This document shows, piece by piece, positions 1 to 8,196 of a stretch of 64,000 bases of DNA. A program made the position numbers and the translations under genes. Location of the stretch: the IMG/VR virus record IMGVR_UViG_3300017991_000048, positions 186,001 through 250,000 of that record; one strand, given 5' to 3'. The notes below the pieces were generated by a model. That model was not told the DNA's origin. It saw only the letters and a program-made list of their open reading frames with translations, and did not search any database. How positions within the stretch are numbered: position 1 is the first letter of the stretch; the number at the start of each line of letters is the position of its first letter.

Positions 1-747
1 AGTTTCTATAAGTTTGTCCACAGCATTTTCCTTAATCACATCTTTCGGAATGTGACGTCCTGGCCATGTTTTCTCAAGCTCGATCAAATCTTCGTATAGA
101 GGGAAGTAATCTACACCATTATTTTCCTCGGCCAATTCCTTACACGCTGTTACCAATATAGCTTTCGATTCGGGTGTGGTTGCAGTGTTCACTGGAGCAA
201 GAGGGGATACCATCAATATGAACGATGTATCGGCTTTCACTGATCGGAGGGTGTTTATTGAATCTTGTATATAACTTTTGCATTCTGGCACCGATAACAT
301 TTTCGCTGTGGTATTGGCTTTCTTAAACCCTCTAGCTGGCACTTGCCAAAAACAATCATCAGCGTCTTGCCAAACTTCTGCCATACCGAAAATGAATATT
401 ATGTTTTGAGCATCAAACATATGCCGCAAAACATTATTGTAAAGCCATCGCCTACGGTCAAAGAAATGCTCTTTTGTGAACGGCATGAGGCCAGCTAATT
501 GTATATCAATATACTGCCCCAAGTAGCTGCGGCAAAACTTTTCATAATCTTCATCGTGAACGACTCCGCCTCGATGATAAATTTTCGTCGCTATCTCTAT
601 TTCACAGTAAATACCGGGCGGAGAATATTTATTGAAGTCGCCTGGGGTTTTCACTACTTTGAGAACCCCATCTAAATGGTTTTCCATCTGTCTTGCTATA
701 CAACTCCCGAACAAAAATAGCTTTGTGTCTTGAAAATCAGTAGCCAT
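1..747 (-). CDS. GSCFA-family (SGNH-like) protein, partial (runs off the window)
   Basis: Not in the ORF track. Hand translation from ATG 747 gives MATDFQDTKLFLFGSCIARQMENHL...IFIFGMAEVW...FILMVSPL...SKAILVTAC...VDYFPLYE, matching GSCFA-family motifs. The frame is open to position 1. Confidence 0.75.
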   Translation of the reverse strand, partial: MATDFQDTKLFLFGSCIARQMENHLDGVLKVVKTPGDFNKYSPPGIYCEIEIATKIYHRGGVVHDEDYEKFCRSYLGQYIDIQLAGLMPFTKEHFFDRRRWLYNNVLRHMFDAQNIIFIFGMAEVWQDADDCFWQVPARGFKKANTTAKMLSVPECKSYIQDSINTLRSVKADTSFILMVSPLAPVNTATTPESKAILVTACKELAEENNGVDYFPLYEDLIELEKTWPGRHIPKDVIKENAVDKLIET

Positions 748-1414
748 ACTTCTTCGCCAGTGTTTTCAGGCCCTCTTGTAGTGGCGCACTCAGACCGCTC
801 AAACTCAGCCCCTCAACAGTGTTTTTCAGATCAGGGTCTGAGTGCCACCATCCTATATTTACAGTGGTCGGGGTACTATCTAATGCTTTCCTTGCGTCAT
901 CCAATGATCTATGGTGCCCTACCAAATCAGCTATCTTTGTCAGTTTTTCAGCACTAAGAGTTTCTAATTGGTATCTAAAATGTGCGTGGTCTTCTATTTG
1001 TTTGTTCCAATCCAGCCAAAACGCGACGGATTTAGATACCTCGTCAGTGTAGTTATGAACACCAAGCGCGTACTCTTCAATCACATCGATGTACCCCTTA
1101 TTTCGTGGGTTCCCGGTAAATAGTTCTCTGCCTACCAGCGACTTTAAAGCTGCCATTGGGTGTCGCACTTGGTGGATAACGATCACGTCTTTCGGAAGTA
1201 CGGGTAGAAAAGGAACGGCGAGCCAAGACGAATCTCCAAGGGTATCAGGCAGAGAAAGGTCCGCACCGGCCTCTAAAGAACCTCTGAACCGCCCTCGTGC
1301 CTCTCCAAGCCCAAACACCGACTCATGCCCACAAGGTATACCAAGATTTGTGAGAAGTTTTGCTATATATCCTGTGCCGCTTCTAGGCACAGCGCATATC
1401 AGAAACCGTTTCAT
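737..1414 (-). CDS. sulfotransferase-fold protein
   Basis: 5'-PAPS loop ICAVPRSGTGY and 3'-PB-like VRHP...S. ATG 1414 makes an ATGA overlap with the upstream stop (track start 1435). Confidence 0.7.
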   Translation of the reverse strand: MKRFLICAVPRSGTGYIAKLLTNLGIPCGHESVFGLGEARGRFRGSLEAGADLSLPDTLGDSSWLAVPFLPVLPKDVIVIHQVRHPMAALKSLVGRELFTGNPRNKGYIDVIEEYALGVHNYTDEVSKSVAFWLDWNKQIEDHAHFRYQLETLSAEKLTKIADLVGHHRSLDDARKALDSTPTTVNIGWWHSDPDLKNTVEGLSLSGLSAPLQEGLKTLAKKYGY

Positions 1415-2133
1415 CCGACTGGACAGATCGCGCAATAAGGGTACTTTTTCCGACCACCGGGTTTCCCTAAAGTTAGTATTATCTCCTGGTGCTTTTCGCT
1501 ATACCACAAATCTTCTACTGAAGTGTCTGAGACACTGCCCAAATCAAACTCGCCAAGAGGGTCTTGACAGCACAATCGCATCTTGCCGTCAAATCCGATG
1601 ATCATGTTTTGCCGACATCCAGCAAAGCAAGGCTTCGAACTTTGACGCCTGATCGCCTCATTCAAAGTCTCTCTGGGGTCATAATGAGTCAGATGATGTA
1701 CACTTCTAAAGGCTACTTTAGCCGACTTGAACAGGCCACCAATGTATTTTCTACGCTTAAAAGCTGCTTGGTCATTTAAAGAGATATTCAATTGATGGAA
1801 ATATGGGTCAATACTCTCCGCTATTTCTGGAGTCAGAATATCTCCATTGCTACATGCTACCACCGGGTCAAAGCCCTTTTCCATTGCATACTTTGCGAAA
1901 TCTGGAAGACGTTTATCAAACAATGGCTCATTGAAGAACTGTAGGACAACCATCTTCCGGTGTCCCATGTCCCAAGCCTGATCTAAGATGTCATACACCA
2001 TCTCAGATGGCATCTCTCCTTTCAGCTTCTCACGCTGAGGGTGGGTCTGACGCAAACAAGTCGGGCACTTTCTGTTACAAACAGATTGCGTTTCAATAAC
2101 TAAGCGTGGAAATTCTCTAATCTTTCGTTCCAT
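1411..2133 (-). CDS. radical SAM protein with SPASM/twitch domain
   Basis: CNRKCPTC (CxxxCxxC), FFNEPL, C-terminal PCFAGC...LCCQD...LGSV...CAICP. TGATG overlap with the upstream gene. Confidence 0.9.
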   Translation of the reverse strand: MERKIREFPRLVIETQSVCNRKCPTCLRQTHPQREKLKGEMPSEMVYDILDQAWDMGHRKMVVLQFFNEPLFDKRLPDFAKYAMEKGFDPVVACSNGDILTPEIAESIDPYFHQLNISLNDQAAFKRRKYIGGLFKSAKVAFRSVHHLTHYDPRETLNEAIRRQSSKPCFAGCRQNMIIGFDGKMRLCCQDPLGEFDLGSVSDTSVEDLWYSEKHQEIILTLGKPGGRKKYPYCAICPVG

Positions 2134-2699
2134 CACTCACCCTTTAGCCACATAACAAAACTGCCGCCTATAGGCATACTATCAACCACCAAGCCGTCGT
2201 AGAATTTCAAAAGGTTTTCCGTGGTCACCTCTTCCCACTCTACACAACCCGGCTCGTACCTTAAGTCTTCCCGTACTTTCCCAAACGTGTGCATATCATC
2301 AACCACAACTATATCATTATGTTTCCGCTCTTTGAATAATTCCAACTCTTTCCACAAAGGAAAGGGAGACTTTTGTATCGCCGGTTTCATTAGACAATAA
2401 TGTGCATCTAAATAGGCAAACACCGGAACGTCAGAGTACACGTCTCTCAACAAGAAGGGTAAGAACGTTGTAGTGCTCCCTCGATGTGACCTTACATTCT
2501 GAAGACCGCCAATCTTTTTCTGTGCAACTTGCCACATACCTTGATCAAGCTCTATAGTTTCGACCGTCTCGAAATGTTTAGCTGCAATTTCTGTCTGAGC
2601 GCCTGTTCCTGTCCCAGTCTCGATAAAGACCTTTATATCTGAATAGTCTTTTTGGCGTTCAGCGATGATACTAAAATGTTTGTCGTTCCAACGTCCCAT
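2133..2699 (-). CDS. class I SAM-dependent methyltransferase-like protein
   Basis: FIETGTGTG, TIELD, AYLDAH, VVVDD. GGAG RBS precedes ATG 2699 (track start 2753). Confidence 0.7.
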   Translation of the reverse strand: MGRWNDKHFSIIAERQKDYSDIKVFIETGTGTGAQTEIAAKHFETVETIELDQGMWQVAQKKIGGLQNVRSHRGSTTTFLPFLLRDVYSDVPVFAYLDAHYCLMKPAIQKSPFPLWKELELFKERKHNDIVVVDDMHTFGKVREDLRYEPGCVEWEEVTTENLLKFYDGLVVDSMPIGGSFVMWLKGE

Positions 2700-2703
2700 G
2701 ATT

Positions 2704-4758
2704 TTACTCCGCAACTGAAAAATGCTTCTGATGGCCAATATATCTACGTACACGTCTGTTTTTGGTTCTTCCGTACTCTTCCGCTACCTCCATCTCGTGC
2801 CAGCGGTGCGTGTCATCAAAAATGAGAGGCACGTCATGTCTGAATAAATCGAGGTGATGTAAAAACCCTCTTCGCCCTCCGTCTTGTTCGGTCAAAGCAT
2901 CCAAAATAATCAGGCTGTACTCTTCCGGTATCTTTATCTTATTTACATCGAACCAAATATGATCGCCATAGTCCTTGAGAGGCGCGTGAATAAAAGTCGC
3001 GTCTTTGGCAAGCATCCATTTCTCATGACACTCTATGGAAACGACATTATAAAATTTGCACAGTTCGGTTGTCCCGATTCCAGTGCCTATCTCTATAATG
3101 GTAGATCCACGAGGGATATTTTCGAGTATCCAATAGAGACACTCCTCTGAAAGCGCGAAGTTGTTGAGATTGCACTTGGCCACCTCTGGTGGAAACTCAC
3201 CAATCTTATACCTCAAAAACTCTTGTTCAGCTTTGTCAGCTTTTGCGAGATTTTCCTTACCCTCAGCAAAGGCTCTATCTTGTGGAGTAATGGATGAACC
3301 CCACCCAGGCTCAGCTTCATGGAAATCAAAGTCAGGCCAATAGGGGCTGTTCTCACCTCCCCTTCTGATTAAATCCAAGCAACAGATAAGCTTTCTCACA
3401 TTTTTAACTGTCACATACAGGCCAAATGGTGAATAGCCCTGATTGTAGATCTTTTGAGTCACGCAGAAATGCCAATCTGATAACATTGGCAAGTTTTTGT
3501 TAAAGTTTTCAAGTTCCCCGTAGACGCTTTTATCAAAAGCCATCAAACACCCTGTAGCGCCTTTGAATTGCACCAGATCATCTATGGTTTTGAAATACCT
3601 TATGTGAGTAAGACGTCCTTCAATAAGGAAGAGTAGATGCTTTTGGCCTTTGTTCATGCCTTCAATGAAAGGGGTGTGCCAGTTGGGGTGTACCGGAAAA
3701 GTGTCATCGTCGAACCAAAACTGATAATCACAGTCTTTGAGCATTTGGAAAGCTTTATGCTTGGAGTGTGAAACCCCCATTCTCTCCTCGTTATAAACAT
3801 AATCAATGTAGCCCAACCTCTCACAGAACTTTTCTTTGTGTCGGGCTTCCGCTGGCTTTGAGTTGTCATCTATTACGACTACCTTAGTTTTATAGTCTGT
3901 AGGCAAGAATTTGTTTAGGTACCTCAACGCATGTTTAAACACTCTCAACCGATTTCTAGTGGTATAGCTTATTCCAATTTTCATATGCTTGTCCTCTATA
4001 TCCTTTATTTGCTTGCGAAGACGTTTGCTACAGTCGCCGTAGGTCGCCCCGATAAGCTTTGTGAAAGCTTCATACGATGCTCGTTTTCCCTCAGGAGACT
4101 TCTTACGCTCTGCTAAAGTGTAAGCTGATCGATGCCGTTGTATTTTACAATCGGCGGGGACGCCGTCTAAATCAAAAGAATATATATACCCACCTGGATT
4201 TGCGATAGTGGCACACCACCAAATGGTATGACCTCGATCATACATCTTTGTAGTAAGGCCGAAATGCCAAACTCCGTAGATGCCAAACCCTTCGTTAAAC
4301 CCTTCGATATCCTTATACGTGTCCTTGTGGAAAGTCATTAGACACGCAGTGACCCCATTAAATACCTCAAGACCGTCCACACGTTTTACGCATTTGAAGT
4401 TTAACCATTTACGCATATAGAGCAGATGTTTTTGCCCTTTATCCATTTCGTCGATAAACGGCTCATGCCACCCCTCACAAATTGGATAACAATCATCGTC
4501 AAACCAAAACTGGTAATCACAGTCCTTGAGTAACTGAAAAGCCTTGTGCTTGGAATGTGGTATACCTAACCACTCTTCGTTGTACGCATATTCAAAACCA
4601 CGGCTGAGTTCAGCGTTTCTGTCACGGTGTACGCTATCACTGTTGTCATCAATAACTACAACTTTTGCGCCTTGAGGTAAAAACTCGCGCACCTTCGTTA
4701 ATGAATATTCAAGAGCATCAGGGCGGTTCCTGGTAGTATAACTTATGCCAATCTTCAT
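2704..4758 (-). CDS. tandem GT2 + GT2 glycosyltransferase with C-terminal methyltransferase domain
   Basis: Two copies of MKIGISYTTRNR...VVVIDDNS...DCDYQFWFDDD (GT-A DxD). C-terminal IEIGTGIGT...SIE...IILDA...IFDDT. Confidence 0.85.
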   Translation of the reverse strand: MKIGISYTTRNRPDALEYSLTKVREFLPQGAKVVVIDDNSDSVHRDRNAELSRGFEYAYNEEWLGIPHSKHKAFQLLKDCDYQFWFDDDCYPICEGWHEPFIDEMDKGQKHLLYMRKWLNFKCVKRVDGLEVFNGVTACLMTFHKDTYKDIEGFNEGFGIYGVWHFGLTTKMYDRGHTIWWCATIANPGGYIYSFDLDGVPADCKIQRHRSAYTLAERKKSPEGKRASYEAFTKLIGATYGDCSKRLRKQIKDIEDKHMKIGISYTTRNRLRVFKHALRYLNKFLPTDYKTKVVVIDDNSKPAEARHKEKFCERLGYIDYVYNEERMGVSHSKHKAFQMLKDCDYQFWFDDDTFPVHPNWHTPFIEGMNKGQKHLLFLIEGRLTHIRYFKTIDDLVQFKGATGCLMAFDKSVYGELENFNKNLPMLSDWHFCVTQKIYNQGYSPFGLYVTVKNVRKLICCLDLIRRGGENSPYWPDFDFHEAEPGWGSSITPQDRAFAEGKENLAKADKAEQEFLRYKIGEFPPEVAKCNLNNFALSEECLYWILENIPRGSTIIEIGTGIGTTELCKFYNVVSIECHEKWMLAKDATFIHAPLKDYGDHIWFDVNKIKIPEEYSLIILDALTEQDGGRRGFLHHLDLFRHDVPLIFDDTHRWHEMEVAEEYGRTKNRRVRRYIGHQKHFSVAE

Positions 4759-5534
4759 ATACTACCCTCTTTTATTTTTTGGGTATCTAGTCGAAAACGC
4801 TGGACACACGAGGCATAACCTTCGCCCACAAACCTTTTAAATGCCTCATGCGCCTCCGTTCTGTTTTTCCAGTTATCAGTGCGATCCTTTTTTGTGAAAG
4901 ATGAACCGCGCCGTTTTGCCTTATAGTCAGCAGGACATCCATTAATGTCAAAAGCATGGATGTAACTTCCAGCGTCAGCAACGGTAGCCACCCACAAAGC
5001 CGAATGACCTTTATCATACATTTTTGTGGTCAGCGCAAAATGCCACATTCCATAAAGAGTAAACCCTTCATGAAACCCCTCAACATCTACATAAGTGTCT
5101 TTATGGAACGTTAGTAGACATCCCGTACAACCGGAGAATCTTTCGAGGTTACCAATGCGAGCTACACATTCAAACTTCATCCATTTGTGCATATAGAGCA
5201 AATGCTTTTGATCACCTTCCATTGCATCAATAAATGGCAGATGCCAGCCTTCGCACATAGGGTAACAATCATCATCAAACCAGAACTGGTAATCGCAATC
5301 TTTAAGCCTCTGAAAGCCTACATTCTTAGAGTGCGGGACACCTAATCGCTTTTCGTTGAACACATACTCAAAGCCATGGCTAAGGTCTGCATTTTTATTA
5401 CGGAATATATCATCGCTATTATCGTCAACAATTACGACTTTTGCCTCTGGGGGCAAAAATTGACGCATCTTCGTTAATACATATTCAAGAGCCTCAGGGC
5501 GGTTCCGGGTAGTATAACTGATTCCTATGCTCAT
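4755..5534 (-). CDS. GT2 family glycosyltransferase
   Basis: ISYTTRNRP, VIVDDNS, FWFDDDC. Close paralog of the first domain of 2704..4758. Confidence 0.85.
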   Translation of the reverse strand: MSIGISYTTRNRPEALEYVLTKMRQFLPPEAKVVIVDDNSDDIFRNKNADLSHGFEYVFNEKRLGVPHSKNVGFQRLKDCDYQFWFDDDCYPMCEGWHLPFIDAMEGDQKHLLYMHKWMKFECVARIGNLERFSGCTGCLLTFHKDTYVDVEGFHEGFTLYGMWHFALTTKMYDKGHSALWVATVADAGSYIHAFDINGCPADYKAKRRGSSFTKKDRTDNWKNRTEAHEAFKRFVGEGYASCVQRFRLDTQKIKEGSI

Positions 5535-5650
5535 GTCTCTTTACTCTCAACAAGAAAAGATGTACCGGCCCAAGAGAAATTCGCATAGGGTAAGAAGTTG
5601 AACTGGGGGTGCTGCTTGTCCTTCTTAAATAATGCCAACTTTTCTGCCAT
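5531..5650 (-). CDS. small hypothetical protein (39 aa)
   Basis: MAEKLALFKKDKQHPQFNFLPYANFSWAGTSFLVESKET*. Starts just after the upstream stop and ends in an ATGA overlap with the GT2 start. Confidence 0.5.
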   Translation of the reverse strand: MAEKLALFKKDKQHPQFNFLPYANFSWAGTSFLVESKET

Positions 5651-5651
5651 T

Positions 5652-6524
5652 TTAGCGACCTAAAGTTCCAGCAGTGTACAACTCACTGGCATCAAGATGA
5701 CTATCCTCTAAGCAATAGGTTTCGTTGATCTCAAAAAGCCGTCCGAGATAAGCCTCTACACCATGAGACGACGGGTGTACGTTATACCACTCCTTTGAGA
5801 ACAACTTCGCATGGTTTACCCACCAAAATGTTCCAGAGTAATGCCACATAGAATCCAACGGTAAAGGGATTCTCGGTTCACAAATTTGGAAAGAACCGGC
5901 ACACGCAAACTGTGAAAGAACCGCTTCAATTAGCTCCATGTTGTGTAGACACAACTCATACATCTTGTCCCGCCAAACTCTGACGGCATCCAAAACAACC
6001 GGGTCATCGTGTGTCACGCCTTTTGTGTGAGCAAAAAATGTGATCTCGTCTTCACGTTCAGATTTAAGCCGTGCTAACGCCTCCGTAAAGCCAACAACTT
6101 CCCGCAGTTCTGGTACGTTGGTGCAACGTATAAATTCAGCTTCAAAAGTGAACGCAGCTTCAACTGTAGCCGGGTCCACTATGCCCTCTCCTGTCATTAT
6201 TATTACAATACGCCGTCCATTGAATATATCTGCATACCCGTTTATTTGCTCAATATTTCTTTTCCACTCATTAGACTTTTGGAAGGCACCGCAGCTATAT
6301 ATAAGGTTTCGCTTCATTAAGGCCGAAGACTCTGTGCGCGGGACTTCAACCTCTGGCCGAACACACGTTAGCCTCTCTATTATTACTGCCTTTCGTTTGA
6401 AGCAACGTTCACAAACTTGAACGCTCTTAGCGTTGGGTTTTATCTTCTTCTCGTAAGTATGCCCACAAGCTTCACATTCAAAGCGAGCATTGGCAGCATA
6501 TAAATCTATGTCATGCAGCGGCAC
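5652..6524 (-). CDS. Zn-ribbon + putative glycosyltransferase-like (HTKG/GxFWW) protein
   Basis: N-terminal CEAC...CERC; FAHTKG, WRDKM, HYSGTFWW, EAYLG. GAGGA RBS before GTG. Confidence 0.5.
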   Translation of the reverse strand: MPLHDIDLYAANARFECEACGHTYEKKIKPNAKSVQVCERCFKRKAVIIERLTCVRPEVEVPRTESSALMKRNLIYSCGAFQKSNEWKRNIEQINGYADIFNGRRIVIIMTGEGIVDPATVEAAFTFEAEFIRCTNVPELREVVGFTEALARLKSEREDEITFFAHTKGVTHDDPVVLDAVRVWRDKMYELCLHNMELIEAVLSQFACAGSFQICEPRIPLPLDSMWHYSGTFWWVNHAKLFSKEWYNVHPSSHGVEAYLGRLFEINETYCLEDSHLDASELYTAGTLGR

Positions 6525-6546
6525 GATTCCTCACCGCTTTCTACAC

Positions 6547-7365
6547 CTATCGGACGCCGAAATTCGTGCCTATATCAACTACATCTAACGATCCTGACAG
6601 GGAAAAGTTGATGCCGCCGACAGCCCCTACAGAGGTCCACGTTGCAGGGGCGCTGCTCGTTCCGACATCCATTGCTTGTTTCACTGACCAAACGTGGTCA
6701 GGGACCGTACCCCCCAGTTTACTCGTTGTCGGAAGATCCTTAAGAATTTCAACATCTTGTCTCAACAAAAATAACTCATCCTGAGTCATAGCCTCAGTGT
6801 GATAAAAGAAGCCTACAATCCAGTCAAAAGTGGAACCATAACTATCCGCTGGAGTTCCCCTTCCTAGAAAAAGATCTTGGCTGGACGGGTTCCCTGCTGT
6901 CCAGGCTGGATTGCCATGATCACGACTATTAATATGAAAAGCGTCTCCAGGGTATAGATCATCATCCACAACTATCGCTGTAAGTTGCAGTTCACAAGCA
7001 ATTATATGGTGAGCAGGTGATACGAATGTAGGGTCGCTAAAATCTACGGGGTCGCTGGACGCTGTTACAGCTTCAACGTCCGCTGTGTATAGACCTGTAA
7101 GTCCCGGAGGAACCGCGCCAAGGTTCGCAGCACGGTAGCCTAAACTGGCATTGTCATGGCAATCAAACAGAGCCGCAGGGGTTGCTTCAAAGTTCGTATG
7201 CTTTCGAACCAAATGAAGCAACCCGACTGTAAACTGCGTGTCAGCCCCCCGGATAGTCGGATCTGCTGTTGAGTAATAGTTGGCGAGATACCCGGTTGAC
7301 GGATGAGGCCTAAGACCCTTATACCCGGCAACTCGTGTTTTCTCTGGGACGGGGATGTAAGTCAT
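6547..7365 (-). CDS. virion/fibre-associated protein, paralog 2 (possibly LamG/ConA-like)
   Basis: 272 aa, aligns end to end with 7368..8186. GFFYHTEAMTQDEL resembles the LamG C-terminal strand/helix. Confidence 0.45.
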   Translation of the reverse strand: MTYIPVPEKTRVAGYKGLRPHPSTGYLANYYSTADPTIRGADTQFTVGLLHLVRKHTNFEATPAALFDCHDNASLGYRAANLGAVPPGLTGLYTADVEAVTASSDPVDFSDPTFVSPAHHIIACELQLTAIVVDDDLYPGDAFHINSRDHGNPAWTAGNPSSQDLFLGRGTPADSYGSTFDWIVGFFYHTEAMTQDELFLLRQDVEILKDLPTTSKLGGTVPDHVWSVKQAMDVGTSSAPATWTSVGAVGGINFSLSGSLDVVDIGTNFGVR

Positions 7366-7367
7366 CT

Positions 7368-8186
7368 CTATCGGACCCCAAAAGCTGTTCCAATATCCAC
7401 CACATCAAGTGCGCCGGTTAGACTGAACGCCAAACCGCCTATCGCACCCAAAGAGATCCATGTTGAAGGAGCGCTCCCGACCCCTACATCCATCGCTTGT
7501 TTCACTGACCAAACATGAGCGGGAACAATACCTCCCAATGGGCTTGACGTTGGAAGATCTTTCAGAATCTCGATGTCCTGTCTGAGTGTAAACAATTCAT
7601 CCTGCGTCATAGCGTCAGTATGATAAAAAAAGCCTACAATCCAGTCAAAAGTTGATCCATACCCGTCAGTCGGAGTGCCTCGCCCCAAGTAAAGATTTTC
7701 GGCTGACGGGTTGCCAGCCGACCAAATCGGCTCTCCGTGGTTTCGGCTGTTTATATGAAAAGCGTCTCCAGGAGTAGGGTCGTCGTCCACAATAATCGCC
7801 GTAAGTTGTAACTCGCAAGCATACAAATGATGAGCAGGGGAAGAAAACGCTGGATCACTTATGTCCACCGGATCAGCATTCTGGTTTACAGCCTCTACGT
7901 CTGATGAATAATACCCGTTCATTCCTCCCGGCACCGCCGCTCCAATAAGATGAGCGCGGTAACCGAAAAAGGTATCGTGGCAATCAAATAAAGCGGACGG
8001 CACTGGCTCATAATTGGTTTGCTTTCTAACTAAATGGAGCATCCCCACTGTAAACTTAGTTTCCAGTCCGTGCAACGGCGGATCAGCATTGACATAATAA
8101 TTAGCCATGTACCCCGTGGTGGGGTTCGGCTTCAGACCTTTGTACCCGGCAACTCGTGTCGATTCCGTTACTGGTATATGAGTCAT
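7368..8186 (-). CDS. virion/fibre-associated protein, paralog 1 (possibly LamG/ConA-like)
   Basis: 272 aa paralog of 6547..7365. GGGAG RBS. Confidence 0.45.
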   Translation of the reverse strand: MTHIPVTESTRVAGYKGLKPNPTTGYMANYYVNADPPLHGLETKFTVGMLHLVRKQTNYEPVPSALFDCHDTFFGYRAHLIGAAVPGGMNGYYSSDVEAVNQNADPVDISDPAFSSPAHHLYACELQLTAIIVDDDPTPGDAFHINSRNHGEPIWSAGNPSAENLYLGRGTPTDGYGSTFDWIVGFFYHTDAMTQDELFTLRQDIEILKDLPTSSPLGGIVPAHVWSVKQAMDVGVGSAPSTWISLGAIGGLAFSLTGALDVVDIGTAFGVR

Positions 8187-8196
8187 TTACATCTCC

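Noticed and set aside
6547-8186. Diversity-generating retroelement template/variable repeat pair
   Set aside because: Both copies are full-length genes with differences at all base types, and no reverse transcriptase is in the window.
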